From a virus: 64,000 nt of DNA. The DNA is taken from the IMG/VR virus record IMGVR_UViG_3300044641_005643; one strand, 5' to 3'. Shown here piece by piece: positions 63,239 through 64,000 of this stretch (position 1 is its first letter; the number at the start of each line of letters is the position of its first letter). The notes beneath the pieces were generated by a model. That model made no database searches, had not been told where the DNA came from, and worked only from the letters and a program-made list of their open reading frames with translations. A program made the position numbers and the translations under genes.

Positions 63239-64000
63239 TTAGCCTTTTTTGAACTTGGCAGCTTCTTCACTGCCGCCGGTGGCATTGCCCTTGCTGTAAC
63301 TATGAGCACCAACACCAGCCAGCTGTCCATTTTGCACAACCAGGTATTCGTTACGAATTGGACGTCCTTCAAACCAGCACTCCAACACTTCACGCACACC
63401 TGCTGCATATCTGGTTTGAGCACTTAGACTGGTGCCAGATATGTGTGGTGTCATGCCATGATTGGGCATGCTACGCCAAGGATGATCCTGTGGTGCCGGT
63501 TGTGGGAACCATACATCACCAGCATAGCCTGCCAGCTGACCAGTTTCCAGTGCTCGAGCCACAGCATCACGATCGCAGATTTTACCTCTAGCAGTATTCA
63601 CAATATAGCTACCACGTTTCATCTTGCTGATCATGGCTTCATCGAACAGGTGTTCGGTTTCGGGATGCAATGGGCAGTTGATGGTCACAATATCTACCAC
63701 CTTGACCATGCTTTCCACACTGTCGTGCCAGGTCAAGTTCAATTCCTGTTCCACCAGCTCAGGCAAACGATGACGATCATAATAGTGCAAATGCACACCA
63801 AATGGCTTTAACAATCTCAGTGCTCGCAGACCAATTCTACCAGCTGCCACTGTGCCCACATGCATGCCTTCGATGTCATAGCTGCGTGTAACGCAATCGG
63901 CGATGTTCCAGCCGCCGTTGATCACTTGTTGATAACTGGGAATATAATTTCTTACCAGACTCAACATCTGCATCACAATGTGCTCGGCCACCGAATTACT
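63239..64000 (-). CDS. fdh: NAD-dependent formate dehydrogenase (5' end outside the window)
   Basis: VAEH, GGWNIADC, AAGRIG, YDRH, NTARG, WFPQPAP.DHPWR, PHISGTSLSAQ.RYAAG. Confidence 0.95.
   Translation of the reverse strand, partial: SNSVAEHIVMQMLSLVRNYIPSYQQVINGGWNIADCVTRSYDIEGMHVGTVAAGRIGLRALRLLKPFGVHLHYYDRHRLPELVEQELNLTWHDSVESMVKVVDIVTINCPLHPETEHLFDEAMISKMKRGSYIVNTARGKICDRDAVARALETGQLAGYAGDVWFPQPAPQDHPWRSMPNHGMTPHISGTSLSAQTRYAAGVREVLECWFEGRPIRNEYLVVQNGQLAGVGAHSYSKGNATGGSEEAAKFKKG

Noticed and set aside
1-64000. CRISPR array or cas genes
   Set aside because: No regularly spaced direct repeats or Cas motifs seen
1-64000. Stop-codon reassignment or suppressor tRNA
   Set aside because: Genes tile densely in the standard code with all three stops used; no CUA, UUA or UCA anticodon found

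Overview
64 kb slice of a large, T4-like (jumbo-type) dsDNA phage genome in the standard genetic code, almost all on the minus strand. From the left: a cassette of modification genes (radical SAM, 2OG-oxygenase-like, GalE, GT-B glycosyltransferase, QueD-like, TGT/DpdA-like transglycosylase, sulfotransferase-like, methyltransferase); replication genes (sliding clamp, family B DNA polymerase, clamp loader); Dps; a run of probable capsid-targeted internal proteins; ClpA, DnaJ and GroES; a lysis cassette (holin-like, GH19 endolysin, two-component spanin); PhoH, MazG-like and a truncated DnaE-like gene; five tail or baseplate genes; ErpA, SOD and IF-1. From 52 to 61 kb lies an array of 26 tRNA genes covering 19 amino acids (no Phe seen), with one HNH endonuclease inside it and another just upstream. 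At the right end are an unannotated 24-aa PqqA (PQQ precursor) gene and a partial NAD-dependent formate dehydrogenase, suggesting a C1/PQQ-using proteobacterial host (inference). Main items missed by the ORF track: pqqA; a leader-peptide, antiterminator and terminator attenuator at the head of the tRNA/ncRNA region; a recurring TAAATA-N5-ATG (and sigma70 -10-N5/6-ATG) layout implying many leaderless mRNAs; three candidate structured ncRNAs; and two non-canonical tRNAs. All calls come from reading the sequence by eye; no searches were run.
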